A DNA stretch of 64,000 nucleotides from assembly GCA_039621445.1 (NCBI GenBank), contig CP154954.1:22208954-22272953 (forward strand). Direction: 5' to 3'. A model generated the notes under the pieces. That model did no database searches. It was not told the origin of the DNA and saw nothing but the letters and a program-made list of their open reading frames with translations. The first letter of the stretch is position 1. Each line of letters starts with the position of its first letter. The DNA comes from Euglena gracilis. Taxonomy: Eukaryota. The translations under genes and the position numbers were made by a program. This document shows positions 1 to 13,100 of the stretch, one piece after another.

Positions 1-269
1 GGTCCTTCTTGGGTGGCAAGAGCGCACCAACGAAGGGGTGGCCTGGGGGGGCAGCAGGGCAGGGAATGAGAATGAGAGCCATCAATGTTGAGGGGAGGGA
101 GTAGAAGCGTGGAGGGGGGGGGGCAGCGTTGCGGTGCAGTTGCCCCCATCCATGGAGGTTGCGGGCCGAGAACTCCGAGACGCACACAGCACAAATCGTT
201 TGCCGGGAAGCGGACCGTCTGTGTGGGCCGCTCATGGGTTCGGTGGGGGCCCCATTGAGGGAGGGCCTG

Positions 270-3200
270 GGCATGTCCTCCTGCTCGAGGGAGGGCAGGA
301 GGAGGTCGACGGGGCGCAGGCCGGCGTGGTCGCAGCAGAACAGGTTGGCCCCCCGGTCCAGCAGCGTGGACGCCCCCACGCCGCTGCGGCGGAACACTCG
401 GGAGGCATTCGCCCGACGCGGAGGGGTGGGAGGAGCAGCAAAACCCATTTCTGGTTCCAAAATGGTTCCAGAAATTGTTTGGCAATTATTTATTATTTAT
501 ATTTGGAAAAAGAATGGATGCAGCGAAGCGCTTCGTACTGCCTGAGCGGCTCAGCAAGGCTTTCCAAGAGACAGTAAATGCTGCTGCTGGGTGCCTGAAG
601 GCGAAACACCTACATGAACATCAACGCTCAATGTAGCAACGTAATTCTCGAATACTTGAGTTCTTGCCCTGCAAAGTTCTTGTTCCTCAGTTTTGTTCTT
701 TTTACAGATACAGGATCGCCGGATGAAACGGGGACGGTGCGGTAGCGCCGGCGTGGCCACCACCTCCCGCAGCTGGAGGTCGTCGTACTGGTGGTGGTTG
801 GTCGCCGGCGGCAAGGCCCCGGGGCCGGCCCCAATCCCGGGCCCAGCCCCGCCCCGCCGTTTCCCGGGGGCTTGGCCAGCAGGTGCAGGGCGGTGCGGCC
901 GTCGGCGTCGCGGAAGTTGGCCGGCATTTGCCCCTCCTGGATGCCGGTCTGCGGAAGGCGGGGCAAGGCGGGGGGGGGGGTTGGGGGGTTCTTGCGATGG
1001 CAACACACCGCTCTGGCTCTGTGACCAGGCACCTATGGTCACTTCCCATTTTGGTGCTCTGGTCGGCCCTGGTCGGCCCTGGTCGGCCCTGGTCGGCCCT
1101 GGTCGGCCCTGGTCGGCAAATAGTCGGCCATAGGTGGGGGTATCCGTCACAGAAAAAAAGATTGTGAAAAATGACCCAAAATTACCAAAAGGGCACAAAA
1201 TGGCCAAAATGCCATAAAATATGCTCATATTGACCCAATTAGCCCAATATTTGCCAAATCAGTGACTGCGGTCGGCTGAAAATGGCTAAAAATGGCCAAA
1301 AGTGGGCAAAGGCCAAAGAAAAGCTGTTTTGGCCACTGTTTTTGCAAATTCAGAAGCTGCACCTGGCGCAAAATGCTCAAAAATGGTCAAATTGGACCAA
1401 AAAGAGACCAAAAAATGGACAAAATTACAAAAAAAGGTCGAAAATGGCTTTAAATGGTCAAAAATGGCCCAAGAGCGGGACAAAATGGCCCAAAATTACA
1501 AGAAGTGCGCAAAAAAATGGCCAAAAATGGTCAAAATAGGTCAAAATTGGCGAATTATGGTTACAAAAAGGGCCAAAAGCGATTATGGTTACAAAAAAAG
1601 GGGACAAAAGGGACCTAAAAGGACCAAAAGTGGCCAAAAGTGGCCAAAAGTGACAACATGAGCCAGATGAGCCAGAAAAATCTCAAAATCTGGGATAAAA
1701 ATGAGCCTAATTCCTCATTCTCACTGAAAACTTGACATCAATTAGAAAAAAGTTGCGCGGTCAGCTGCGGTCGGCTGCGGTTGGCTGTGGTCGGCTGCGG
1801 TCGGCTGCGGTAACCCGCGGTCGATGCTGCCGGGCCAGCATCGCCCAGCATCGCCCAGCATCGCCCAGCATCATCAGAGGTGCTTGGTCCAGAGGGAAAG
1901 CTGCTGAATTCCTTCATCCATTCCCCTTCCGTCGGCCAACCACATGCAAGTCGGCCCTGGTCGGCCCTGGTCGGCCCTGGTCGGCCCTGGTCGGCCCTGG
2001 TCGGAACCCCCACCTACGGGGGTCCTGAAACTCATAGTCGGCCCTGGTCGGCCCTGGTCGGCCCTGGTCGGCCCTGGTCGGCCCTGGTCGGCCATAGGTG
2101 CCTGTCTGTGACGTTCCGTACAGCTCTGCACACCCCTCCCCCGTCGACAGTGAAGTGGGTTCCCCCTGGGTTCGCTACCAGGAGGACGTCCCCCACCCCC
2201 CCGACCCTCACGGGGTCCAGCCCAAGCCCACCTGGCTTTATGGCAAACGCTGAAGGGATGGGGCTCTGTGACAGGTTGCGCCGCGCGGCATCAACACTGC
2301 CGTGCGTCGTGTTCCCCAACTGCACACAACAAACCTCCACCCGGCTTTACCTCACCCCCACGGCGGGCTGGGGGCGCCACACCATCATGCCGGTGAACTG
2401 CGACTTCAGGGCCCGCAGGGAGATGGTGGGGCGGGTGGTGTCCTTCTTCGTGGTGAACGACGCCAGGAAGCCCTGCAGCCGCGCCTTGGGGATGGCCCGC
2501 CGCGTCCCCTGGCCGCCCGCCGGCCCTGGGGGGGGCAAGTGAGGGAGGAGCAGGGGCTTTTTTTTTTAAAGACCGGGGGGTCCCCACCACCCCCTGGGGC
2601 TCCGGGGGGGGGGTCCTGGGGGACCCACCACTTTCCCCCCCAAAAATGGCCAAAAAATTGTGAAAAATTAAAAATAACACCCTTTTCATTTTTTTTGGTG
2701 CCTTTGGCGCCGAAAAGTATATTCCACCCCCCCATGGGGGAACCCCCCGGGGGGGGAGTGGGGCTCGGACCCACCCACCCACCACTCCCCGGGGTGCAAG
2801 ACAAAAAAAAAACCCCTGGGGAGGAGGGGCGGCCGGCCCCACCAGGCATCGGCGTGGCAGACAGGCATCGGCAGGCATCACCGGCAAAATACTTCATTTC
2901 CAGCGCACGCGGACATGTGCACAGGTTTTTCATATGAGAAGCTGTCTCCAGCAAAGTATATTGAGGGGGGTGGCAGCTGTGGGGAGAATGCACCACAGTG
3001 CCAAAATAAGCCATAAAAAAAATTCAACAAAAAGCAACTGTATGGGAGTGGTTTAGGACCTCCTCGGAGTGAACCCTGAGGGGAAACTTCTTCTGTGTGC
3101 AGCACATTGAATCTTGGACAATCATCCACACTTCTCCACCAAAAACAAAAACAGCAGTGTGAGCAAAACTTGCACAATTTCACAAAAAATCCGAAAAAAA

Positions 3201-6200
3201 AAGCCACACCAAAAGCAAGCGCAGAGCAAACTGGTGGGGCGCAGAGCGTTCTGGTGGGGTTAATCGCCCAATTGCATGCACACGTCCTCATTATGCAGCA
3301 ACTTAAATTTGAAAATTAGTCCAAAAAAACAAATATATATATATATATATGAATAAAGCAAATAAATATGAAACGTCTGGGGATCCTGGCACCTCCCCCC
3401 CCCCTTGTCGTGCGGCACCAACATATTTATGCAAATTGGATAACTTTCATTTTTGAGGAAAAAACCGAGATAACCTCGACTTCACTGGATAGATTTGGTG
3501 ACACATATTTATCTCTATCAGACATGAAGACAGGCTGATGGCACACCAATGGCCGTGGTCATGGCAAGGCGGCGGGTGTGCAACTCCCACTCCGGGCAGT
3601 ATGGGTAGTTCAGGAGGGACGTGAACACGGGCGTCATGCGCTGCGTGGCCTCCGCCATGGCCTCCACGTCCGCCCAGCGGTACACGTTGACGAGCCCGTA
3701 CAGCTGGTTGAAGCGCAGCAGGTACCTGCAGGCCGGGGCGAGCTCCGTGCCAGGGGGAGGGGGACAAGTGCGGTCCATGTCACACGTCACGTGTGCCCCG
3801 AGTGATCCAGTGGCCCGGTGGCCCCATCCACCGGCGGGAAGTGCTATGCGGGCAACACGGGGGTTGCCCCGTTCTGCAGAGTTTTGACCGACGTTCCAGG
3901 CGTCGTGGTCAGCCGCATCGGCGCGAAGTGCCAAAGGATTTTTTTTTCAGGAGAGGAACCCCCCCTCAGGGAGGGACCCCCCAGGCGGGAGGGGGGTCCA
4001 GCTGGTGGCTTTTTCTCCAGCTTGTGTCCAAATCCCAGTTCAGTGGCCCCCTTGGGGTCCTCCAAGCTTCTGACTGGGACAGTGATGGGGCCCCGATGCA
4101 AAGCGTTTTCTGCGATGGTTTTGCCGGTCTTATTTCCGTGGCCAGCCTAATTTCCGGTGGACTCCCCGTAGGGAGGTCATCTAGCAGTTCCAGCTGGTGG
4201 GAATTTTTTCCAGTGACCAGAGGAAAGCACCAAAAACTTCTCGACCCCCAAAATCGTGTCAAGAAGGCCTACCCCCCCTAAAAGAAGCGCGGGGCCGCTA
4301 CATGCGTAGCGTCCAAATAAAGCGCACCCCCCGCTGCCGAAGGCGGGTCTGCTACAAGCCCCCCCCCCATCATTTTGATGGGATTTCTAAAGGAAATCAA
4401 CAAAAATCGCACAGGTAGGGTCCAAATAGTAGTGCACCCCCCGCCGCTGGAGGCGATGGTCCGCTATAAGCGCACACGTGCTTCTATTGGGGGGGGGGTT
4501 ATTTTTGGCATTTTAGGTTTTGGGAACAAAATCAACCGCAATTGGGGGTTGCTGAAAATTCTTGGCCTTCTCCCTATGCAATACAACGCCGAGAAGAACA
4601 TGATAAAACAATATTTTATCATGAGAACATGAGAACATTTAGTGGATTTGAATTCATGGAATCAATAACAAAAGAAATCAAATGTCAAATGAAATTTTTT
4701 TATTTGAATTTCGATTCAGATTCATTGAAAAAAAATAATTCATGAAAACTACCGGCATTCGGTTGACTGGCTATTGACTGGCTATATCTCATTCTGAAAA
4801 GCTAAAATTTGTCCAGGGAAAGAAATTGGTCAATTTCATGCGCAGCAGCACACTTGCCATCGTGGGAGAACTGCAGGAACTGGTCCCCGGACAGTGGGTG
4901 GTTCACCTCCTCCCCCTCCGTGGGGTCCACGTCCCCGTCCGCCCTCTTCTGGGCCATCGCTGGGGGGCTTCGGCGGGAACCGATTCCTCGTCTCTGCGCT
5001 GCGCTTTGCCACACGGTCCTGCCCACTGCTGCCATTCTTCCCAGCATCGTCCAGCTGCCTTGGAATTATCAACATTTAATGCTCCAGGCAAATATAAACC
5101 ACCCTCAAAAACCATTTTTGGCCATTTTGAAACTCTTTGCAACAACAGAACTCTCCGCTCGGCCAGGCTGGCTCAAACTGTCCCAACTGTACCTCCCGAG
5201 GGCACAGACAGCCTGGGCGGCACCCAGCAGCCCGGCGACGCCCCGCCTCGGCGTTGCCGAGCACCATGAGGGCCGCCATGCGGAAGGTGCCCCGCTGCAC
5301 GTCCACGATGCACAGCGAGCTGTCGAACGTCACCACGCCGATGTGGGGGCGGCCCGGGTACACGCAGGCCGCCAGCGTGCATCCTGCGGGGCACCGGCCA
5401 TACAACTTTTACCGACCCCCCGGGGGGGTTTGGGCCAAAAACCAGTTAGTCACTCTGAAAAAACCAGTCAGTCACCCCGGGGGGGGGGGGTCGGCCAGTG
5501 CTTCAGCAATTGACTGGCACCGGCATGCACTCAAGATAGATTGCATGCACCTCAACATTTCAGCATGACATTATTTTGGTTTTTTTCGGTACCTGAGGCA
5601 CTTTGGTCTTTTAAACTGCTGAAAACTGAGGGTTTATTACATATTATATCATTTTTTATGTTATTTGTTCGGCCATCTTTTGGTGCACTAGCACTGTGTC
5701 TGCAAAAAAAGCCATTGGAATGAAAATATGAAAACCAGTTGGGTTCACAGAGCTCAAGGATGATATGAACAACAGAAAGAACCCAGGTGTAAATGGGGGG
5801 GGGGAAGGAGGGAGAGCAGCTCCACAGAAGGTGTTTGCTCCAGGAAAATATCGTTCTATATGGTTTTGCTTTGTGGGAATCAGATCTCGGACCGAGAGAC
5901 CTCACAAGCTCACGACATTTTTCAGCACCAGCTTCCTCCCTGTCTCCTCTGGTGCTCCATAAAAACCCTGGAAAACATTTTCTGATGCACCCCTCCACAC
6001 CATATTTTCTCTGGGAGGAACAATTTTTGAGGTGCATCTCTGTTTGGGGAGGGTTGCCAAATGGGTGCAGCAAATTCTCAGAGGCTCTTCGGTGGTGGAG
6101 CGGATGGGTAAATGTGTGGGTGGGTGGTCTGGAATTGAAAAAAAAAAGCCAGAGGAAACCATTTGTTAAAAGCTGCAAAAAACTGTGTTCCCCACCAGGG

Positions 6201-7146
6201 TAGTACATCTCACTAATAGTACATCTCCCCCTCCCCTGGGGGCCTTAGTTTAGTGACCAAATACACCCTCCACAGAATGCTGACAGGAAAACCGCTCCAA
6301 GCGTCAAACGAGTTGCGTGACAACCTTTGGCATTGCTTTTAACACTCCTTTCTCCCCAAATGGCTTCCAACTTGAATTTTGCAAAAAAAATTGTGGATTT
6401 CAAGCAGAAATAGGGCCATACTTGCATTGAAAATACATAACCTCTCCAAATACAACCCCCCTCCCCAAATAAAAAGCATGGGGGCTTTGGCCCATGGGGG
6501 CTTTGGTTTGGCAACCAAATAAAACCCCCCTCCTGAGGATTGTGATATCCCACCCGCAAGGTTGGTTTTTGTTTTTTTGCATTTATTGCGGGATCCCAAA
6601 AACAGCCAAATTTTTTGGGACCCCACTCAAAAATCAAATTTTTGGGAGTGCACAAATTCTGCTGGAAGCGACTTAAAAAAATCACCTGCTCCCAGAAGAA
6701 TGGATCGTGACACATCATTGTGTCATAATTATCACCCCTCCCAACGTTATTGTCCCACCTACATGCCTTAGGGGAGGAGGCCCCCTACTGGACAATAAAA
6801 AAAAAAAAAAAAAAACAAAAAAACAAAAACAAAAGCAAACCAAAACAAAACAAAAAAAAGAGAAAAAATTGACAAGGGGGAGGGACAATTAGGGGGTGCA
6901 AAGGGAAAAGCAAAGACAGGGCCAAAAAAACTGTCAGTCGGCTGGGGTCCAGTGACAATGAGGGTAAAGGGGGGGGTGGACCCCAGGCATCGCTTGGCCC
7001 AGATCGACCCCCCCCATATACCCCCCCATGTAAGACCCCCTGGCATTGAAATTGAAATTCTGGCATCCCACTATGAAGACCCAAATTACCCTCCTGCATT
7101 TTGGAGACCCACCCTCCAACATAAGGAAAATGTCTTTTGAGATAAC

Positions 7147-7189
<43 letters not shown>

Positions 7190-10100
7190 TAGACAGATAG
7201 ATAGCAACATAGATCAATATTACAAGATCCCGATGTTATGGCCAACCAGCTGTGGTCGGTAGGTAGTCGGCAAGACAGGGTGGGGGTAGTGGGTAAATGG
7301 TCTACCCACCGTAATTTAACGGGGTCAAGCACCTCAATTTTTTTTGTCCCAAGTCCCCCAAAACCAACCAAAACCTCGCTCCCCAATATCACTGCTTGGA
7401 ACTTTCCACCACAAGTTCAACATTTTAACATCCATATCCTCCATGGATTTTGCCCCTTAAAATTCCATCTGGAACAACCCCCCCCCCCCCAAATTGTCCC
7501 CTTGTTGGTCCAAATTGTCCCCTAATTGGCTGCTTGACCTCCAGGACAAAGACCGGCCAAATTTGGCAAGGTTGCGGAAAGGGCCCAGAAAACCTCCATG
7601 AACCTCCTTTTCAAAAAGTTAAAAGTTGCAGATAATTTCATGACAAATCCAACCATGCACAAAAAAGGACCAACTTTGCACGGCTGGTATGGTGATTTTG
7701 GGCTTGTTTGAACCACCACTTTGCTGGTGCAACCCCCCGAAAAATTGACTTTTTGGGTGGGTTCCACACCTCAGAGTATCACGAAGGGCTGGCCCGAGAT
7801 TCTATGGGTGGTGGCTTGGGGCACTCAATCCAAGTGGGAGGTCAATTAGGGGGAGGGAGGCTCGAGGACCCCCCATATAAGGCTCCCCCTCAGGATCTAA
7901 AATCCCAGGGGGTCAGCATTATTATTGAGGCAAATTTGTTCCAAAAATTTAAAGCATTTTAAGTCATTTTTTTTTAAGGCATTTGAAGGCTCTTTAGGCG
8001 CTGTTTTCCAGGGAGGTCCAAGGGCTGTCCGGGCATCCAACCAATGTTATTGATTTTCAATGTTGTCCAAAATAAAAAAAATCTAAAAGCGCATTCTTTT
8101 GATTTTGGCTGGATGGTCACCGTTCCAGCGATGCCAGAAATCATCCCCCCCCCGGAGTTGGCCTGTTCGTCGGCCCAAAATTGGGGGGGGGTATTCACTC
8201 GGTCGCCAAAATCAAAAGATTATAATGCCTAAACTCAAAATGGTTGCCTGAAAATACATTTTCCCTTTTTTTCTGGCAATGAATTTGTCACTCAGGGAAT
8301 TTTCACACATTGTATGCCAAATTTAGATGTTCCCACTCGCTCTATTATTTTCCCAAATTTTCAAAACAATACACTATTTTTCATAATCGACACTCTTATA
8401 CTATATACATTCTTGTTTTTTTTTGGACGGGGCTTCCAGAAGCAAAAGCTTGAGTTTCTGCATTGCTAGAGGGAGTGTACCATTTGTGTGTAACTGGTTG
8501 GGTATCTGCCCAGTGATATGCTTTCTTGGCGGGGGTTCACATGGGACTTGGAAACACCGTCTGGGTCGTCGTCCTGCATGAACATCGTCAGCTGACACTG
8601 CGGCCACGACATCACAAATGCGCCGTCGCCCCCCATCAGCACGTACGCCTGGCCCCGGGCAGCCAGCGTGCAGGTCCCGGCGAAGGCAGCCGCGACGAGA
8701 GCACCTCTGAAAGGCGGCAGCTCTAACCAACCCCCTTTGTGCATACCATTCAATACCATTACTTACCGGGGGGGGGTTGGGCCACTATCTTTTTTTTGGG
8801 CCATATCAGGCCGACCCCACCCCTGGGGTCCGGAGCCTGGAAAAAAATCAGGCACTCCGAAAAAAAAACCAGCAACTCGCCACCCCGTAGGGGCAGGGTC
8901 GGCCACACCTTGGCAATGATATCCTCCTGAAGATATCCTCCTGACCGTACCGGACAAGCGACTTGAGCGGGGATCACTTCCCACTGCTTGTGCGCCAGCT
9001 GGTGGCACCACTGTTGTGTGCATGCGTTGCGTTGGGAATGCGTTGCGTTGCGTTGAACAAGGGGAGGGAGAGTGGTGATCCGGAGGTGGCCAGGGAAGGA
9101 GGGGTGGGGGACGCGGATGGAGGCGAAGCACCGGCGGTGGACGTCGAAGCGGTAGCACTGGGCGAAGGAGGAGAAGCAGAGGATGCTGTCCTGGTCCCCG
9201 TCCGTCAGCGAGAACAGCGCCTGTGCGGCAACGGAAGGGGGTCCGGGGCAGGGTTGGAGGGAGGCTGTTTGGGGGTGGGGCGTGGGGGTTGTCCGGGGGG
9301 GGGGGCAATCCTGGTGTGGGTCTTGAGGGGGGGGGTCAATTTCAACTTAGAGGGAGGGGGAGTTAATTACACCTCTCATACACCTCCCCCTTCAAGTATG
9401 AGAATTGTAATTGTTTTTGACAATTACAACTACAACTACAATTACAATTGTAATTGTAATTGTAAAGACAGCAAAATCGTGACGAATGGATGGTGCAGCC
9501 CGCCTCGGGGCAGGAAGGGCCGAGGGGAGACCTCGTTGTCCGCTTCCAGCAGCTCCTGCATGTACCCCTCGGCGTACCGGCCAACGCCAGCCGGCTCCTT
9601 GTCACCGTCCCAGCAAAAGCTTCCGGGTGTGCCGGCGGGTGAACAGGGTGGTGCAGTATGGTGCAGGTGCATCCACTGAGGAAAATGGTTCAGAACGAGG
9701 AGCATCCGGTGTGCCTTCATACCTCACGAACATTTTATGACTTGCAATTTTTGTTTGCTTTGCGAACAAATCAAACAAAATTCTGACCCAGCCCAATCGC
9801 AAACATGCCCTCTCAAATACGGCCTTCCAGTAACCCACCCCCCATGGAGGCGCCGACATGGAAGCGCCAGACGCCAGTGTCAAATGGGGGAAAATAAACA
9901 CTAAAGACTGTGATTGCATGCCACATTTGCAACACAGGTATGCCCCCCCTTCTATCCCTCTCCATTAATTGTGTCCCTGCAAACCCCATCTCCATCCTAA
10001 CTCATAAAAAGAGGCCAAACCTCAGTGCTCAAGCGTGACAAGTCAGCTGTTGGCCTCCTGAGTGGGTATTCTGTATTTCATTTTAAATGGATAACCGCCT

Positions 10101-13100
10101 TCATCGTCTCTTAATTCGAGTTTCTTTTTCTGCAGAAAAAAAATGGCAGAAAATGAACAAAATCTGGGTAAAATGAAGCGAAATTGTGTTGGACAATTTA
10201 TGAGTTTCTTGGTTGAAAGCAGTTTGGCTTTTCAGCCCAAATAGAACCTCCCAAACACCCCCCCCCTCGAAAACCTTGAAAAATCTAAATACAAAAATGA
10301 GTTGGGCCATATTTTTGAGGGAGAATTAATAGAAAATGATGAAAACTAATCACATGTTCATAAAACCATTTTGGGGTATGCTTCTTGGCAAAATAAATGT
10401 CATTTAGCATGATACTTGTTCTCAAATGAGCTTCGGCGACAGCGAGCCTAACCACCAACAACCCCCTTGGGCGATTGGGAAGGGATATGCACCGGGAGCC
10501 CTTGGGCAGTTCCATGCGCCTTGGCCCACGCCCCAAGGATCATCTCACCAAAAGCCATGAGCACCGTCCTGCGAGGCAACGAGGTTTATGAGCGGAGCCT
10601 GAGTTGCTGCCTTTGTTTTTTTACATCGTCAGCACAAGAAAAGCACCCAATAAGAACACAGTAATCCAGTAACCCAGTAAGAAAACTATCATCACTAATG
10701 ATGACATCTTTAGCAAGCTTTTCTGGCAGTCGACAAATTTGCAAAAAATGACAAATCTATTAGTTGGCTGACGTGACTCACACATGAAACGTGAAATTGC
10801 ATCATGTGTTCATCTGCACACATGGATGCATGAAGAGGTGTATGTCTGTGACATTTATGAGTATACCGGCGTATGTTTGCCATCAACAGGAGAGAGGCAA
10901 GAAACAGACCGCGCGTCACAGTGGGAGTGCGGTGGCAGGAGGTAGAGGGGCAGGCGAAGCACCACCATGCGCGGGACTTCAGCTGCATCCATCCATGTGG
11001 CAGACTGCTGGATCTGGAAGAAAAGAGACGTGCGTTGTGTTCTGACTCCAGCCACGTTGCAGGGCGGACAGCCTAACTTGGACCCCACAAATGCGCAGCA
11101 ACTAGACGGTTTTGAATACGTCAACACCAGGCACATTCCGTCACTTCCCATTCTGGTGCTCCAATCGATCCTGGTCAGCCCTGGCAGCAATTAATTGGCC
11201 GTAGGTGGGGGGGGTAGGACAAAAAAAGTACACATGGTAATAATATATCACGACCATGCAACGCACTTGAAAATATTCTTTTGAAGCAGCAAAATGTGGC
11301 TGACAGTGGCCAAAGTGGCCAAAAGCAGTCAAAAGCCGTAAAAAGTGACCAAATGTGGCCAAAGTGGCTTACAATGGACAAGAGTGGGCAGAAATACCGA
11401 AAAACAGCCAAAATTGGCCAAGAATGTGCAAAAAGTGGGGAAAACCATCAACAGCTGGCAAAAGTGGCCTAAAAGCAGCTGAATGTGGCCAAATTGGCCA
11501 AAAAATGATCAAATGTGGCGAAAAATGGGCAAAAGTGGCCAAAAGCAGTCAAAAGCAGTAAAAAGTGGCCAAAAAGTGGGAAAAATTGAAAGCAGCAAAA
11601 AGGTGGCAAATTTTGGCCACCTTTGCTCACGTTCGGCCATTTGCAAGCAGCTTTTAGTTGGTTTAGTGAATTACCTTTGGTCATAAACGACGAAATGGTC
11701 GACTGCATTTGGCACGTTTGCCCACTTTTTGTCCACTTTTGCCCACTTTTCCACACCGTTTCCCCGCCATTTTTGCCGCTTCTGGCAACTTTCGGCCACG
11801 TTTGGCCACTTTTAAATCACTTTTGGCACTGGACACTTTTTCTGTTTGATAACTTTTGGCAACTGTTGGCCACTTTTGGTCACGATTTGCTGCTTTTGAC
11901 TACCCCCCCCCCCCAATAACCCGGTGGGGCCTTGCTCCTGGCAGTGGCCGAATAGCTTGGCGGGGGGAGGGGCAAAAAAGATGGTTCCGATAACTTGGCA
12001 CCCCCCTGTTTAGGTAAAATTCCTTTACGCCGTTGAAAAAAGGGCCCAAATAACCTGGCAGGGGGGCAGGGCCAAAATGGTTCCAGTGACCTGGCACCCC
12101 GCCAGGTCATTTGTCAGGTTATTTGGGGGGGGGTTGCTTTTGGCCACTCATTTTTGGCTGCTGATTTACTGCTTGCGATCTCAAAAACAGCAAAACATGC
12201 TCCAAAGTGGCCCAAAAAAAGACCAAAAATGGCCAAAATGGCCAAAAGTGGGTAAAATGACCAAAAGCATGGCAAAAAAGTGGCATAAACTGGCCAAAAA
12301 TGGACAAAAAGTGGAAAAAAAGTGAAATGTGCCAGAGGATCTGGGTTGGACTGCCATGTTTCTCGAATATTGCCTCTTCTGGGTAGACTCCAAATTTCAG
12401 CTTTGGGAGGCAGCCGACGACTTCAAATAATCAGCGAAACACATAATCGGCCCTCATTGGCCCTGGTCAGCCCAGTCGGAACCCATCTACGGGGGTCCTG
12501 AAAATAACAGTCGGCCCTCGTCGGCCATGTCGGCTGTTGGTGCCTGCCCAACACCTAGGTTCGAGGTCCAGACACACCTGTGTGGCCGGACCTGTCACCA
12601 CCGCCAGCAAGCCAATGGGCAACTTCCTCTCCTCCTTCTCAGGCTCTACAGGCTCAGGGTCTGGCTCGAGACTTGTTTTCTTGCTGCACATAAACAAACA
12701 ATAATACACAACAAACAACAATATCATACAATGATGGCATGAACTTTGAATTTTACATGCACACACGCATGCATGCATGCACACATGCATGCTTGCGTGC
12801 ATACATCCATGCATGCACCCCCCCCCCCCGGGCGCTTGGCCTGGGCCATGATTGAAAGTAAGCCCCGGGGGCCAACCTTAGGGGGCCAAGTTTGCATGTT
12901 AAGAGCGTGAAGGGGCCAACGACACCAACATCGGAGCCCCCCGACTGGGAAAAAAAATTCCTCCGGCGCTGCGCGCTAAGGTGGACGTTTTTAAAAATGG
13001 CCAAAAATGGACATTCTGGGCCATTTTGGGGGGTCCAAAAATTCAGCGCTTCGCGCCGGTCACTGGAAAAATTTCCACTAACTAGCCCTGCCAGCAGACC

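Noticed and set aside
1060-2095. (GGTCGGCCCT)n arrays as CRISPR or coding repeats
   Set aside because: No spacers; they are subterminal repeats of a TIR element with a TSD.
2551-2818. This family B copy as an exon-splitting intron
   Set aside because: It lies upstream of a canonical acceptor (~2527) within intron-like sequence, and its TSD gives Y|Y rather than Y|R.
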